A stretch of DNA of 64,000 nt from Tubulanus polymorphus (lineage: Eukaryota > Animalia > Nemertea), in the NCBI RefSeq assembly GCF_964204645.1, contig NC_134031.1:12881607-12945606 (forward strand). Reading direction: 5' to 3'. Position numbers and translations under genes: made by a program. Shown piece after piece: positions 46,135 through 61,100 of the stretch (position 1 is its first letter; every line of letters starts with the position of its first letter). The notes beneath the pieces are model-generated. The model worked only from the letters and a program-made list of their open reading frames with translations. It did not search any database and had not been told where the DNA came from.

Positions 46135-49100
46135 GATGCGTAAAAGCGCTCAAATCGTCAGGAAAAGCACTTTTCGACCCGTAAACGTCGTTCAGCGCGA
46201 GAAAAGACGTTTTCTTATCAAATTTTCCCCCTGTCGGAAAAATGACAATGTCGATGCGTAAAAACGTTCAAATCGTCAGGTAAAGCACTTTTCGACCCGA
46301 AAACGTCGTTCAGCGCGAGAAAAGACATTTTCTAATCAAATTTTCCCCCGTCGGAAAAATGATAATGTCGATGCGTAAAAGCGCTGAAATCGTCAGGAAA
46401 AGCACTTTTCGACCCGTAAACGTCGATCAGCGCGAGAAAAGACGTTTTGGGATCAAATATTCCCCCTATCGGAAAAACGACAATGTCGATGCGTCAAAGA
46501 GCGTCAGGAAAAGCACTTTTCGATGCGAAAACGTCGTTCAGCGCTAGAAAAGACGATTTCGAATCAAATATTCCCCCTATCGGAAAAACAACAATGTCGA
46601 TGCGTAAAAGCGCTCAAATCGTCAGGAAAAGCACTTTTCGACCCGAAAACGTCGTTCAGCGCGAGAAAAGAAGTTTTCGTATTAAATATTCCCCCTATGG
46701 GAAAAACGACAATGTCGATGCGTAAAAGCGCTCAAATCGTCAGGAAAAGCACTTTTCGACCCAAAAACGTCGTTCAGCGCGAGAAAAGACGTTTTCGTAT
46801 CAAATATTCCCCATATAGGAAAAACGACAATGTCGATGCGTAAAAGCGCTCAAATCGTCAGGAAAAGCACTTTTCGACGCGAAAACGTCGTTCAGCGCGA
46901 GAAAAGAAGTTTTCGTATCAAATAATTCCCCATATCGGAAAAACGACAATGTCGATGCGTAAAATCGCTAAAATCGTCAGGAAAAGCACTTTTCGATGCG
47001 AAAACGTCGTTCAGCGCTAGAAAAGACGTTTTCGGATCAAGTATTCCCCCGTCGGAAAAATGATAATGTCGATGCGTAAAAGCGCTCAAATCGTCAGGAG
47101 AAGCACTTTTCGACCCGACAACGTCGTTCAGCGCGAGAAAAGACGTTTTCTTATCAAATTTTCCCCCTGTCGGAAAAACGGCAATGTCGATGCGTAAAAG
47201 CGCTCAAATCGTCAGGAAAAGCACTTTTCGACCCGAAAACGTCGTTCAGCGCGAGAAAAGACGTTTTCCTATCAAATATTTCCCCTATCGGAAAAACGAC
47301 AATGTCGATGCGTAAAAGCGCTCAAATCGTCAGGAAAAGCACTTTTCGACCCGAAAACGTCGTTCAGCGCGAGAATAGACGTTTTCTTATCAAATTTTCC
47401 CCCTGTCTGAAAAACGACAATGTCGATGCGTAAAAGCGCTCAAATCGTCAGGAAAAGCACTTTTCGACCCAAAAACGTCGTTCAGCGCGAGAAAAGACGT
47501 TTTCGTATCAAATATTCCCCCTATAGGAAAAAGACAATGTCGATGCGTAAAAGCGCTCAAATCGTCAGGAAAAGCACTTTTCGACCCAAAAACGTCGTTC
47601 AGCGCGAGAAAAGACGTTTTCGTATCAAATATTCCCCCTATAGGAAAAACGACAATGTTGATGCGTAAAAGCGCTCAAATCGTCAGGAAAAGCACTTTTC
47701 GACGCGAAAACGCCGTTCAGCGCGAGAAAATACGTTTTCGTATCAAATATTCCCCATATCGGAAAAACGACAATGTCGATGCGTAAAAGCGCTCAAATCG
47801 TCAGGAAGAGCACTTTTCGACGCGAAAACGTCGTTCAGCGCGAGAAAAGACGTTTTCGTATCAAATATTCCCCCTATCGGAAAAAACGACAATGTCGATG
47901 CGTAAAAGCGCTAAAATCATCAGGAAAAGAACTTTTCGACCCGAAAACGTCGTTCAGCGCAAGAAAAGACGTTTTCGTTTCAAATATTCCCCCTATCGGA
48001 AAAACGACAATGTCGATGCGTAAAATCGCTCAAATCGTCAGGAAAAGCACTTTTCGATGCGAAAACGTCGTTCAGCGCTAGAAAAGACGTTTTCGGATCA
48101 AATATTCCCCCGTCGGAAAAATGATAATATCGATGCGTAAAAGCACTCAAATCATCAGGAAAAGCACTATTCGACCCGTCAACGTCGTTCAGCGCGAGAA
48201 AAGACGTTTTCTTATCAAATTTTCCCCCTGTCGGAAAAACGGCAATGTCGATGCGTAAAAGCGCTCAAATCCTCAGGAAAAGCACTTTTCGACGCGAAAA
48301 CGTCGTTCAGCGCGAGAAAAGACATTTTCTTATCAAATTTTTCCCCTGTCGGAAAAATGATAATGTCGATGCGTAAAAGCGCTCAAATCGTCAGGAAAAG
48401 CACTTTCCGACCCGAGAACGTCGTTCAGCGCGAGAAATGAAATTTTCTTATCAAATTTTTCCCCTGTCGGAAAAATGATAATGTCGATGCGTAAAAGCGC
48501 TCAAATCGTCAGGAAAAGCACTTTTCGACCCGTAAACGTCGTTCAGCGCGAGAAAAGACGTCTTCTTATCAAATTTTCCCCCTGTCGGAAAAATGACAGT
48601 CTCGATGCGTAAAAACGTTTAAATCGTCAGGTAAAGCACTTTTCGACCCGAAAAGGTCGTTCAGCGCGAGAAAAGACATTTTCTAATCAAATTTTCCCCC
48701 GTCGGAAAAATGATAATGTCGATGCGTAAAAGCGCTGAAATCGTCAGGAAAAGCACTTTTCGACCCGTAAACGTCGATCAGCGCGAGAAAAGACGTTTTG
48801 GGATCAAATATTCCCCCTATCGGAAAAACGACAATGTCGATGCGTCAAAGAGCGTCAGGAAAAGCACTTTTCGATGCGAAAACGTCGTTCAGCGCTAGAA
48901 AAGACGATTTCGAATCAAATATTCCCCCTATCGGAAAAACAACAATGTCGATGCGTAAAAGCGCTCAAATCGTCAGGAAAAGCACTTTTCGACCCAAAAA
49001 CGTCGTTCAGCGCGAGAAAAGACGTTTTCGTATCAAATATTCCCCCTATAGGAAAAACGACAATGTTGATGCGTAAAAGCGCTCAAATCGTCAGGAAAAG

Positions 49101-52100
49101 CACTTTTCGACGCGAAAACGTCGTTCAGCGCGAGAAAAGACGTTTTCGTATCAAATAATTCCCCATATCGGAAAAACGACAATGTCGATGCGTAACATCG
49201 CTCAAATCGTCAGGAAAAGCACTTTTCGATGCGAAAACGTCGTTCAGCGCTAGAAAAGACGTTTTCGGATCAAATATTCCCCCGTCGGAAAAATGATAAT
49301 GTCGATGCGTAAAAGCGCTCAAATCGTCAGGAAAAGCACTTTTCGACCCGACAACGTCGTTCAGCGCGAGAAAAGACGTTTTCTTATTAAATTTTCCCCC
49401 TGTCGGAAAAACGGCAATGTCGATGCGTAAAAGCGCTCAAATCGTCAGGAAAAGCACTTTTCGACCCGAAAACGTCGTTCAGCGCGAGAAAAGACGTTTT
49501 CCTATCAAATATTTCCCCTATCGGAAAAACGACAATGTCGATGCGTAAAAGCGCTCAAATCATCAGGAAAAGCACTTTTCGACCCGAAAACGTCGTTCAG
49601 CGCGAGAATAGACGTTTTCTTATCAAATTTTCCCCCTGTCGGAAAAACGACAATGTCGATGCGTAAAAGCGCTCAAATCGTCAGGAAAAGCACTTTTCGA
49701 CCCAAAAACGTCGTTCAGCGCGAGAAAAGACGTTTTCGGATCAAATATTCCCCCTATAGGAAAAACGACAATGTCGATGCGTAAAAGCGCTCAAATCGTC
49801 AGGAAAAGCACTTTTCGACGCGAAAACGTCGTTCAGCGCGAGAAAAGAAGTTTTCGTATCAAATAATTCCCCATATCGGAAAAACGACAATGTCGATGCG
49901 TAAAATCGCTCAAATCGTCAGGAAAAGCACTTTTCGATGCGAAAACGTCGTTCAGCGCTAGAAAAGACGTTTTCGGATCAAATATTCCCCCGTCGGAAAA
50001 ATGATAATGTCGATGCGTAAAAGCACTCAAATCATCAGGAAAAGCACTTTTCGACCCGTCAACGTCGTTCAGCGCGAGAAAAGACGTTTTCTTATCAAAT
50101 TTTCCCCCTGTCGGAAAAACGGCAATGTCGATGCGTAAAAGCGCTCAAATCGTCAGGAAAAGCACTTTTCGACCCGAAAACGTCATTCAGCGCGAGAAAA
50201 GACGTTTTCCTATCAAATATTTCCCCTATCGGAAAAACGACAATGTCGATGCGTAAAAGCGCTCAAATCATCAGGAAAAGCACTTTTCGACCCGAAAACG
50301 TCGTTCAGCGCGAGAATAGACGTTTTCTTATCAAATTTTCCCCCTGTCGGAAAAACGACAATGTCGATGCGTAAAAGCGCTCAAATCGTCAGGAAAAGCA
50401 CTTTTCGACCCAAAAACGTCGTTCAGCGCGAGAAAAGACGTTTTCGTATCAAATATTTCCCCTATAGGAAAAACGACAATGTCGATGCGTAAAAGCGCTC
50501 AAATCGTCAGGAAAAGCACTTTTCGACCCAAAAACGTCGTTCAGCGCGAGAAAAGACGTTTTCGTATCAAATATTCCCCCTAGAGGAAAAACGACAATGT
50601 CGATGCGTTAAAGCGCTCAAATCGTCATGAAAAGCACTTTTCGACCCGAAAACGTCGTTCAGCGCGAGAAAAGACGTTTTCCTATAAAATATTCCCCCTA
50701 TCGGAAAAACGACAATGTCGATGCGTAAAAGCGCTCAAATCGTCAGGAAAAACACTTTTCGACGCGAAAACGTCGTTCAGCGCGAGAAAAGACGATTTCG
50801 TATCAAATATTTCCTCTATGGGAAAAACGACAATGTCGATGCGTAAAAGCGCTCAAATCGTCAGGAAAAGCACTTTTCGACGCGAAAACGTCGTTCAGCG
50901 CGAGAAATGACGTTTTTGTATCAAATATTCCCCCTATGGAAAAAACGACAATGTCGATGCGTAAAAGCGCTCAAATCGTCAGGAAAAGCACTTTTCGACC
51001 CGAAAACGTCGTTCAGCGCGAGAAAAGACGTTTTCGTTTCAAATATTCCCCCTGTCGGAAAAACGACAATGTCGATGCGTTAAAGCGCTCAAATCGACAG
51101 GAAAAGCACTTTTCGACCCGAAAACGTCGTTCAGCGCTAGAAAAGACGTTTTCGTTTCAAATATTCCCCCTCTCGGAAAAACGACAATGTCGATGCCTAA
51201 AAGCGCTCAAATCGTCAGGAAAAGCACTTTTCGACGCGAAAACGTCGTTCAGCGCGAGAAAAGACGTTTTCGTATCAAATATTCCCCCTATGGGAAAAAC
51301 GACAATGTCGATGCGTAAAAGCGCTCAAATCGTCAGGAAAAGCACTTTTCGACCCGAAAACGTCGTTCAGCGCGAGAAAAGACGTTTTCGTATCAAATAT
51401 TCCCCCTATGGAAAAAACGACAATGTCGATGCGTAAAAGCGCTCAAATCGTCAGGAAAAGCACTTTTCGGCCCGAAAACGTCGTTTAGCTCGAGAAAAGA
51501 CGTTTTCGTATCAAATATTCCCTCTATCGGAAAAACGACAATGTCGATGCGTAAAAGCGCTCAAATTGTCAGGAAAAGCACTTTTCGACGCGAAAACGTC
51601 GTTCAGCGCGAGAAAAGACGTTTTCGTATCAAATATTCCCCCTATGGTAAAAACGACAATGTCGATGCGTAAAATCGCTCAAATCGTCAGGAAAAGCACT
51701 TTTCGACGCGAAAACGTCGTTCAGCGCGAGAAAAGACGTTTTCGTATCAAATATTCCTCCTATGGTAAAAACGACAATGTTGATGCGTAAAATCGCTCAA
51801 ATCGTCAGGAAAAGCACTTTTCGACGCGAAAACGTCGTTCAGCGCGAGAAAAGACGTTTTCGTATCAAATATTCCCCCTATCGGAAAAACGACAATGTCG
51901 ATGCGTAAAAGCGCTCAAATCGTCATGAAAAGCACTTTTCGACGCGAAAACGTCGTTCTGCGCGAGAAAAGACGTTTTCGTATCAAATATTCCCCCTATG
52001 GGAAAAACGACAATGTCGATGCGTAAAAGCGCTAAAATCGTCAGGTAAAGCACTTTTCGACCCGAAAACATCGTTCAGCGCTAGAAAAGACGTTTTCGTT

Positions 52101-55100
52101 TCAAATATTCTCCCTATCGGAAAACGACAATGTCGATACGTAAAAGCGCTCAAATCGTCAGGAAAAACACTTTTCGACGCGAAAACGTCGTTCAGCGCGA
52201 GAAAAGACGTTTTCGTATCAAATATTCCCCATTTATGGGAAAAACGACAATGTCGATGTGTAAAAGCGCTTAAATCGTCAGCAAAAAGCACTTTTCGACC
52301 CGAAAACGTCGTTCAGCGCGAGAAAAGACGTTTTCGTTTCAAATATTCCCCTTGTCGGAAAAACGACAATGTCGATGCGTAAAAGCGCTCAAATCGTCAG
52401 GAAAAGCACTTTTCGACGCGAAAACGTCGTTCAGCGCGAGAAAAGACGTTTTCGTATCAAATATTCCCCCTATGGGAAAAACGACAATGTCGATGCGTAA
52501 AAGCGCTCAAATCGTCAGGAAAAGCACTTTTCGACGCGAAAACGTCGTTCAGCGCGAGAAAAGAAGTTTTCGTATCAAATATTCCCCCTATGGGAAAAAC
52601 GACAATGTCGATGCGTAAAAGGGCTCAAATCGTCAGGAAAAGAACTTTTCGACCCGAAAACGTCGTTCAGCGCGAGAAAAGATGTTTTCGTTTCAAATAT
52701 TCCCCCTATGGGAAAAACGACAATGTCGATGCGTAAAAGCGCTCAAATCGTCAGGAAAAGCACTTTTCGACGCGAAAACGTCGTTCAGCGCGAGAAAAGA
52801 CGTTTTCGTATCAAATATTCCCCCTATCGGAAAAACGACAATGTGGATGCGTAAAAGCGCTCAAATCGTCATGAAAAGCACTTTTCGACCCGAAAACGTC
52901 GTCCAGCGCTAGAAAAGACGTTTTCGTTTCAAATATTCCCCCTATCGGAAAACGACAATGTCGATGCGTAAAAGCGTTCAAATCGTCAGGAAAAGCACTT
53001 TTCGACCCGAAAACGTCGTTCAGCGCTAGAAAAGACGTTTTCGTTTCAAATATTCCCCCTATCGGAAAACGACAATGTCGATGCGTAAAAGCGCTCAAAT
53101 CGTCAGGAAAAGCACATTTCGACGCGAAAACGTCGTTCAGCGCGAGAAAAGACGTTTTCGTATCAAATATTTCCCCTATGGGAAAAACGACAATGTCGAT
53201 GCGTAAAAGCGCTCAAATCGGCAGGAAAAGCACTTTTCGACCCGAAAACGTCGTTCAGCGCGAGAAAAGACGTTTTCGTATCAAATATTCCCCCTATCGG
53301 AAAAACGACAATGTCGATGCGTAAAAGCGCTCAAATCGTCATGAAAAGCACTTTTCGACCCGAAAACGTCGTTCAGCGCTAGAAAAGACGTTTTCCTTTC
53401 AAATATTCCCCCTATCGGAAAAACGACAATGTCGATGCGTAAAAGCGCTCAAATCGTCAGGAAAAGCACATTTCGACGCGAAAACGTCGTTCAGCGCGAG
53501 AAAAGACGTTTTCTTATCAAATATTTCCCCTATGGGAAAAACGACAATGTCGATGCGTAAAAGCGCTCAAATCGTCAGGAAAAGCACTTTTCGACGCGAA
53601 AACGTCGTTCAGCGCGAGAAAAGACGTTTTCGTATCAAATATTCCCCCTATCGGAAAAACGACAATGTGGATGCGTAAAAGCGCTCAAATCGTCATGAAA
53701 AGCACTTTTCGACCCGAAAACGTCGTTCAGCGCTAGAAAAGACGTTTTCCTTTCAAATATTCCCCCTATCGGAAAACGACAATGTCGATGCGTAAAAGCG
53801 CTCAAATCGTCAGGAAAAGCAATTTTCGACCCGAAAACGTCGTTCAGCGCTAGAAAAGACGTTTTCGTTTCAAACAATCCCCCTATCGGAAAACGACAAT
53901 GTCGATGCGTAAAAGCGCTCAAATCGTCAGGAAAAGCACATTTCGACGCGAAAACGTCGTTCAGCGCGAGAAAAGACGTTTTCGTATCAAATATTTCCCC
54001 TATGGGAAAAACGACAATGTCGATGCGTAAAAGCGCTCAAATCGTCAGGAAAAGCACTTTTCGACCCGAAAACGTCGTTCAGCGCTAGAAAAGTCGTTTT
54101 CGTTTCAAATATTCCCCCTATCGGAAAACGACAATGTCGATGCGTAAAAGCGCTTAAATCGTCAGGAAAAGCACTTTTCGACCCGAAAACGTCGTTCAGC
54201 GCGAGAAAAGACGTTTTCGTATCAAATATTCCCCCTATGGGAAAAACGACAATGTCGATGCGTAAAAGCGCTCAAATCGTCATGAAAAGCACTTTTCGAC
54301 CCGAAAACGTCGTTCAGCGCTAGAAAAGTCGTTTTCGTTTCAAATATTCCCCCTATCGGAAAACGACAATGTCGAAGCGTAAAAGCGCTCAAATCGTCAG
54401 GTAAAGCACTTTTCGACGCGAAAACGTCGTTCAGCGCCAGAAAAGACGTTTTCGTATCAAATATTCCCCCTATGGGAAAAACGACAATGTCGATGCGTAA
54501 AAGCGCTCAAATCGTCAGGAAAAGCACTTTTCGACCCGAAAACGTCGTTCAGCGAGAGAAAAGACGTTTTCGTATCAAATATTCCCCCTATGGGAAAAAC
54601 GACAATGTCGATGCGTAAAATCGCTCAAATCGTCAGGAAAAGCACTTTTCGACCCGAAAACGTCGTTCAGCGCGAGAAAAGACGTTTTCGTATCAAATAT
54701 TCCCCCTATGGGAAAAACGACAATGTCGATGCGTAAAAGCGCTTAAATCGTCAGGAAAAGCACTTTTCGAAACGAAAACGTCGTTCAGCGCGAGAAAAGA
54801 CGTTTTCGTATCAAATATTCCCCCTATGGGAAAAACGACAATGTCGATGCGTAAAAGCGCTCAAATCGTCAGGAAAAGCACTTTTCGACCCGAAAACGTC
54901 GTTCAGCGCTAGAAAAGACGTTTTCGTATCAAATATTCCCCCTATGGGAAAAACGACAATGTCGATGCGTAAAAGCGCTCAAATCGTCTGGAAAAGCACT
55001 TTTCGACCCGAAAACGTCGTTCAGCGAGAGAAAAGACGTTTTCGTATCAAATATTTCCCCTATGGGAAAAACGACAATGTCGATGCGTAAAAGCGCTCAA

Positions 55101-58100
55101 ATCGTCAGGAAAAGCACTTTTCGACGCGAAAACGTCGTTCAGCGCGAGAAAAGACGTTTTCGTATCAAATATTCCCCCTATCGGAAAAACGACAATGTGG
55201 ATGCGTAAAAGCGCTCAAATCGTCATGAAAAGCACTTTTCGACCCGAAAACGTCGTTCAGCGCTAGAAAAGACGTTTTCCTTTCAAATATTCCCCCTATC
55301 GGAAAACGACAATGTCGATGCGTAAAAGCGCTCAAATCGTCAGGAAAAGCACTTTTCGACCCGAAAACGTCGTTCAGCGCTAGAAAAGACGTTTTCGTTT
55401 CAAATAATCCCCCTATCGGAAAACGACAATGTCGATGCGTAAAAGCGCTCAAATCGTCAGGAAAAGCACATTTCGACGCGAAAACGTCGTTCAGCGCGAG
55501 AAAAGACGTTTTCGTATCAAATATTTCCCCTATGGGAAAAACGACAATGTCGATGCGTAAAAGCGCTCAAATCGTCAGGAAAAGCACTTTTCGACCCGAA
55601 AACGTCGTTCAGCGCTAGAAAAGTCGTTTTCGTTTCAAATATTCCCCCTATCGGAAAACGACAATGTCGATGCGTAAAAGCGCTTAAATCGTCAGGAAAA
55701 GCACTTTTCGACCCGAAAACGTCGTTCAGCGCGAGAAAAGACGTTTTCGTATCAAATATTCCCCCTATGGGAAAAACGACAATGTCGATGCGTAAAAGCG
55801 CTCAAATCGTCATGAAAAGCACTTTTCGACCCGAAAACGTCGTTCAGCGCTAGAAAAGACGTTTTCCTTTCAAATATTCCCCCTATCGGAAAAACGACAA
55901 TGTCGATGCGTAAAAGCGCTCAAATCGTCAGGAAAAGCACATTTCGACGCGAAAACGTCGTTCAGCGCGAGAAAAGACGTTTTCCTTTCAAATATTCCCC
56001 CTATCGGAAAAACGACAATGTCGATGCGTAAAAGCGCTCAAATCGTCAGGAAAAGCATTTTTCGACGTGAAAACGTCGTTCAGCGCGAGAAAAGACGTTT
56101 TCGTAAAAATATTCCCCCTATGGGAAAAACGACAATGTCGATGCGTAAAAGCGCTCAAATCGTCAGGAAAAGCACTTTTCGACCCGAAAACGTCGTTCAG
56201 CGAGAGAAAAGACGTTTTCGTATCAAATATTCCCCCTATGGGAAAAACGACAATGTCGATGCGTAAAAGCGCTCAAATCGTCATGAAAAGCACTTTTCGA
56301 CCCGAAAACGTCGTTCAGCGCTAGAAAAGACGTTTTCCTTTCAAATATTCCCCCTATCGGAAAAACGACAATGTCGATGCGTAAAAGCGCTCAAATCGTC
56401 AGGAAAAGCACATTTCGACGCGAAAACGTCGTTCAGCGCGAGAAAAGACGTTTTCGTATCAAATATTTCCCCTATGGGAAAAACGACAATGTCGATGCGT
56501 AAAAGCGCTCAAATCGTCAGGAAAAGCACTTTTCGACCCGAAAACGTCGTTCAGCGAGAGAAAAGACATTTTCGCATCAAATATTCCCCTATGGGAAAAA
56601 CGACAATGTCGATGCGTAAAATCGCTCAAATCGTCAGGAAAAGCACTTTTCGACCCGAAAACGTCGTTCAGCGCGAGAAAAGACGTTTTCGTATCAAATA
56701 TTCCCCCTATGGGAAAAACGACAATTTCGATGCGTAAAAGCGCTTAAATGGTCAGGAAAAGCACTTTTCGAAACGAAAACGTCGTTCAGCGCGAGAAAAG
56801 TCGTTTTCGTATCAAATATTCCCCCTATGGGAAAAACGACAATGTCGATGCGTAAACCGCTTAAATCGTCAGGAAAAGCACTTTTCGACCCGAAAACGTC
56901 GTTCAGCGCGAGAAAAGACGTGTTCGTATCAAATATTCCCCCTATGGGAAAAACGACAATGTCGATGCGTAAAAGCGCTCAAATCGTCAGGAAAAGCACT
57001 TTTCGACGCGAAAACGTCGTTCAGCGCTAGAAAAGACGTTTTCGTATCAAATATTCCCCTTATGGGAAAAACGACAATGTCGATGCGTAAAAGCGCTCAA
57101 ATCGTCAGGAAAAGCACTTTTCGACGCGAAAACGTCGTTCAGCGCGAGAAAAGACGTTTTCGTATCAAATATTCCCCCTATGGGAAAAACGACAATGTCG
57201 ATGCGTAAAAGCGCTCAAATCGTCAGGAAAAGCACTTTTCGACCCGAAAACGTCGTTCAGCGAGAGAAAAGACGTTTTCGTATCAAATATTCCCCTTATG
57301 GGAAAAACGACAATGTCGATGCATAAAAGCGCTCAAATCGTCAGGAAAAGCACTTTTCGACGCGAAAACGTCGTTCAGCGCGAGAAAAGACGTTTTCGTA
57401 TCAAATATTCCCCCTATCGGAAAAACGACAATGTCGATGCGTAAAAGCGCTCAAATCGTCAGGAAAAGCACTTTTCGACGCGAAAACGTCGTTCAGCGCG
57501 AGAAAAGACGTTTTCGTATCAAATATTCCCCCTATGGGAAAAACGACAATGTCGATGCGTAAAAGCGCTCAAATCGTCAGGAAAAGCACTTTTCGACCCG
57601 AAAACGTCGTTCAGCGAGAGAAAAGACGTTTTCGTATCAAATATTCCCCCTATGGGAAAAACGACAATGTCGATGCGTAAAAGCGCTCAAATCGTCAGGA
57701 AAAGCACTTTTCGACCCGAAAACGTCGTTCAGCGAGAGAAAAGACGTTTTCGTATCAAATATTCCCCCTATGGGAAAAACGACAATGTCGATGCGTAAAA
57801 GCGCTCAAATCGTCATGAAAAGCACTTTTCGACCCGAAAACGTCGTTCAGCGCTAGAAAAGACGTTTTCCTTTCAAATATTCCCCCTATCGGAAAAACGA
57901 CAATGTCGATGCGTAAAAGCGCTCAAATCGTCAGGAAAAGCACATTTCGACGCGAAAACGTCGTTCAGCGCGAGAAAAGACGTTTTCGTATCAAATATTT
58001 CCCCTATGGGAAAAACGACAATGTCGATGCGTAAAAGCGCTCAAATCGTCAGGAAAAGCACTTTTCGACCCGAAAACGTCGTTCAGCGCTAGAAAAGACG

Positions 58101-61100
58101 TTTTCGTTTCAAATATTCCCCCTATCGGAAAACGACAATGTCGATGCGTAAAAGCGCTCAAATCGTCAGGAAAAGCACTTTTCGACGCGAAAACGTCGTT
58201 CAGCGCGAGAAAAGACGTTTTCGTATCAAATATTCCCCCTATGGGAAAAACGACAATGTCGATGCGTAAAAGCGCTTAAATCGTCAGGAAAAGCACTTTT
58301 CGACGCGAAAACGTCGTTCAGCGCGAGAAAAGACGTTTTCGTATCAAATATTCCCCCTATGGGAAAAACGACAATGTCGATGCGTAAAAGCGCTCAAATC
58401 GTCAGGAAAAGCACTTTTCGACCCGAAAACGTCGTTTAGCGAGAGAAAAGACGTTTTCGTATCAAATATTCCCCCTATGGGAAAAACGACAATGTCGATG
58501 CGTAAAAGCGCTCAAATCGTCAGGAAAAGCACTTTTCGACCCGAAAACGTCGTTCAGCGAGAGAAAAGACGTTTTCGTATCAAATATTCCCCCTATGGGA
58601 AAAACGACAATGTCGATGCGTAAAAGCGCTCAAATCGTCATGAAAAGCACTTTTCGACCCGAAAACGTCGTTCAGCGCTAGAAAAGACGTTTTCCTTTCA
58701 AATATTCCCCCTATCGGAAAAACGACAATGTCGATGCGTAAAAGCGCTCAAATCGTCAGGAAAAGCACATTTCGACGCGAAAACGTCGTTCAGCGCGAGA
58801 AAAGACGTTTTCGTATCAAATATTTCCCCTATGGGAAAAACGACAATGTCGATGCGTAAAAGCGCTCAAATCGTCAGGAAAAGCACTTTTCGACCCGAAA
58901 ACGTCGTTCAGCGCTAGAAAAGACGTTTTCGTTTCAAATATTCCCCCTATCGGAAAACGACAATGTCGATGCGTAAAAGCGCTCAAATCGTCAGGAAAAG
59001 CACTTTTCGACGCGAAAACGTCGTTCAGCGCGAGAAAAGACGTTTTCGTATCAAATATTCCCCCTATGGGAAAAACGACAATGTCGATGCGTAAAAGCGC
59101 TTAAATCGTCAGGAAAAGCACTTTTCGACACGAAAACGTCGTTCAGCGCGAGAAAAGACGTGTTCGAATCAAATATTCCCCCTATGGGAAAAACGACAAT
59201 GTCGATGCGTAAAAGCGCTCAAATCGTCAGGAAAAGCACTTTTCAACCCGAAAACGTCGTTCAGCGCTAGAAAAGACGTTTTCGTATCAAATATTCCCCT
59301 TATGGGAAAAACGACAATGTCGATGCGTAAAAGCGCTCAAATCGTCAGGAAAAGCACTTTTCGACGCGAAAACGTCCGTTCAGCGCTAGAAAAACGTTTT
59401 CCTTTCAAATATTCCCCCTATCGGAAAAACGACAATGTCGATGCGTAAAAGCGCTCAAATCGTCAGGAAAAGCACATTTCGACGCGAAAACGTCGTTCAG
59501 CGCGAGAAAAGACGTTTTCGTATCAAATATTTCCCCTATGGGAAAAACGACAATGTCGATGCGTAAAAGCGCTCATATCGTCAGGAAAAGCACTTTTCGA
59601 CCCGAAAACGTCGTTCAGCGCTAGAAAAGACGTTTTCGTTTCAAATATTCCCCCTATCGGAAAACGACAATGTCGATGCGTAAAAGCGCTCAAATCGTCA
59701 GGAAAAGCACTTTTCGACGCGAAAACGTCGTTCAGCGCGAGAAAAGACGTTTTCGTATCAAATATTCCCCCTATGGGAAAAACGACAATGTCGATGCGTA
59801 AAAGCGCTTAAATCGTCAGGAAAAGCACTTTTCGACACGAAAACGTCGTTCAGCGCGAGGAAAGACGTGTTCGAATCAAATATTCCCCCTATGGGAAAAA
59901 CGACAATGTCGATGCGTAAAAGCGCTCAAATCGTCAGGAAAAGCACTTTTCAACCCGAAAACGTCGTTCAGCGCTAGAAAAGACGTTTTCGTATCAAATA
60001 TTCCCCTTATGGGAAAAACGACAATGTCGATGCGTAAAAGCGCTCAAATCGTCAGGAAAAGCACTTTTCGACGCGAAAACGTCGTTCAGCGCGAGAAAAG
60101 ACGTTTTCGTATCAAATATTCCCCCTATGGGAAAAACGACAATGTCGATGCGTAAAAGCGCTAAAATCGTCAGGAAAAGCACTTTTCGACCCGAAAACGT
60201 CGTTCAGCGCTAGAAAAGACGTTTTCCTTTCAAATATTCCCCCTATCGGAAAAACGACAATGTCGATGCGTAAAAGCGCTCAAATCGTCAGGAAAAGCAC
60301 ATTTCGACGCGAAAACGTCGTTCAGCGCGAGAAAAGACGTTTTCGTATCAAATATTTCCCCTATGGGAAAAACGACAATGTCGATGCGTAAAAGCGCTCA
60401 AATCGTCAGGAAAAGCACTTTTCGACCCGAAAACGTCGTTCAGCGCTAGAAAAGACGTTTTCCTTTCAAATATTCCCCCTATCGGAAAAACGACTATGTC
60501 GATGCGTAAAAGCGCTCAAATCGTCAGGAAAAGCACATTTCGACGCGAAAACGTCGTTCAGCGCGAGAAAAGACGTTTTCGTATCAAATATTTCCCCTAT
60601 GGGAAAAACGACAATGTCGATGCGTAAAAGCGCTCAAATCGTCAGGAAAAGCACTTTTCGACCCGAAAACGTCGTTCAGCGCTAGAAAAGACGTTTTCGT
60701 TTCAAATATTCCCCCTATCGGAAAACGACAATGTCGATGCGTAAAAGCGCTCAAATCGTCAGGAAAAGCACTTTTCGACGCGAAAACGTCGTTCAGCGCG
60801 AGAAAAGACGTTTTCGTATCAAATATTCCCCCTATGGGAAAAACGACAATGTCGATGCGTAAAAGCGCTTAAATCGTCAGGAAAAGCACTTTTCGACACG
60901 AAAACGTCGTTCAGCGCGAGAAAAGACGTGTTCGAATCAAATATTCCCCCTATGGGAAAAACGACAATGTCGATGCGTAAAAGCGCTCAAATCGTCAGGA
61001 AAAGCACTTTTCAACCCGAAAACGTCGTTCAGCGCTAGAAAAGACGTTTTCGTATCAAATATTCCCCTTATGGGAAAAACGACAATGTCGATGCGTAAAA

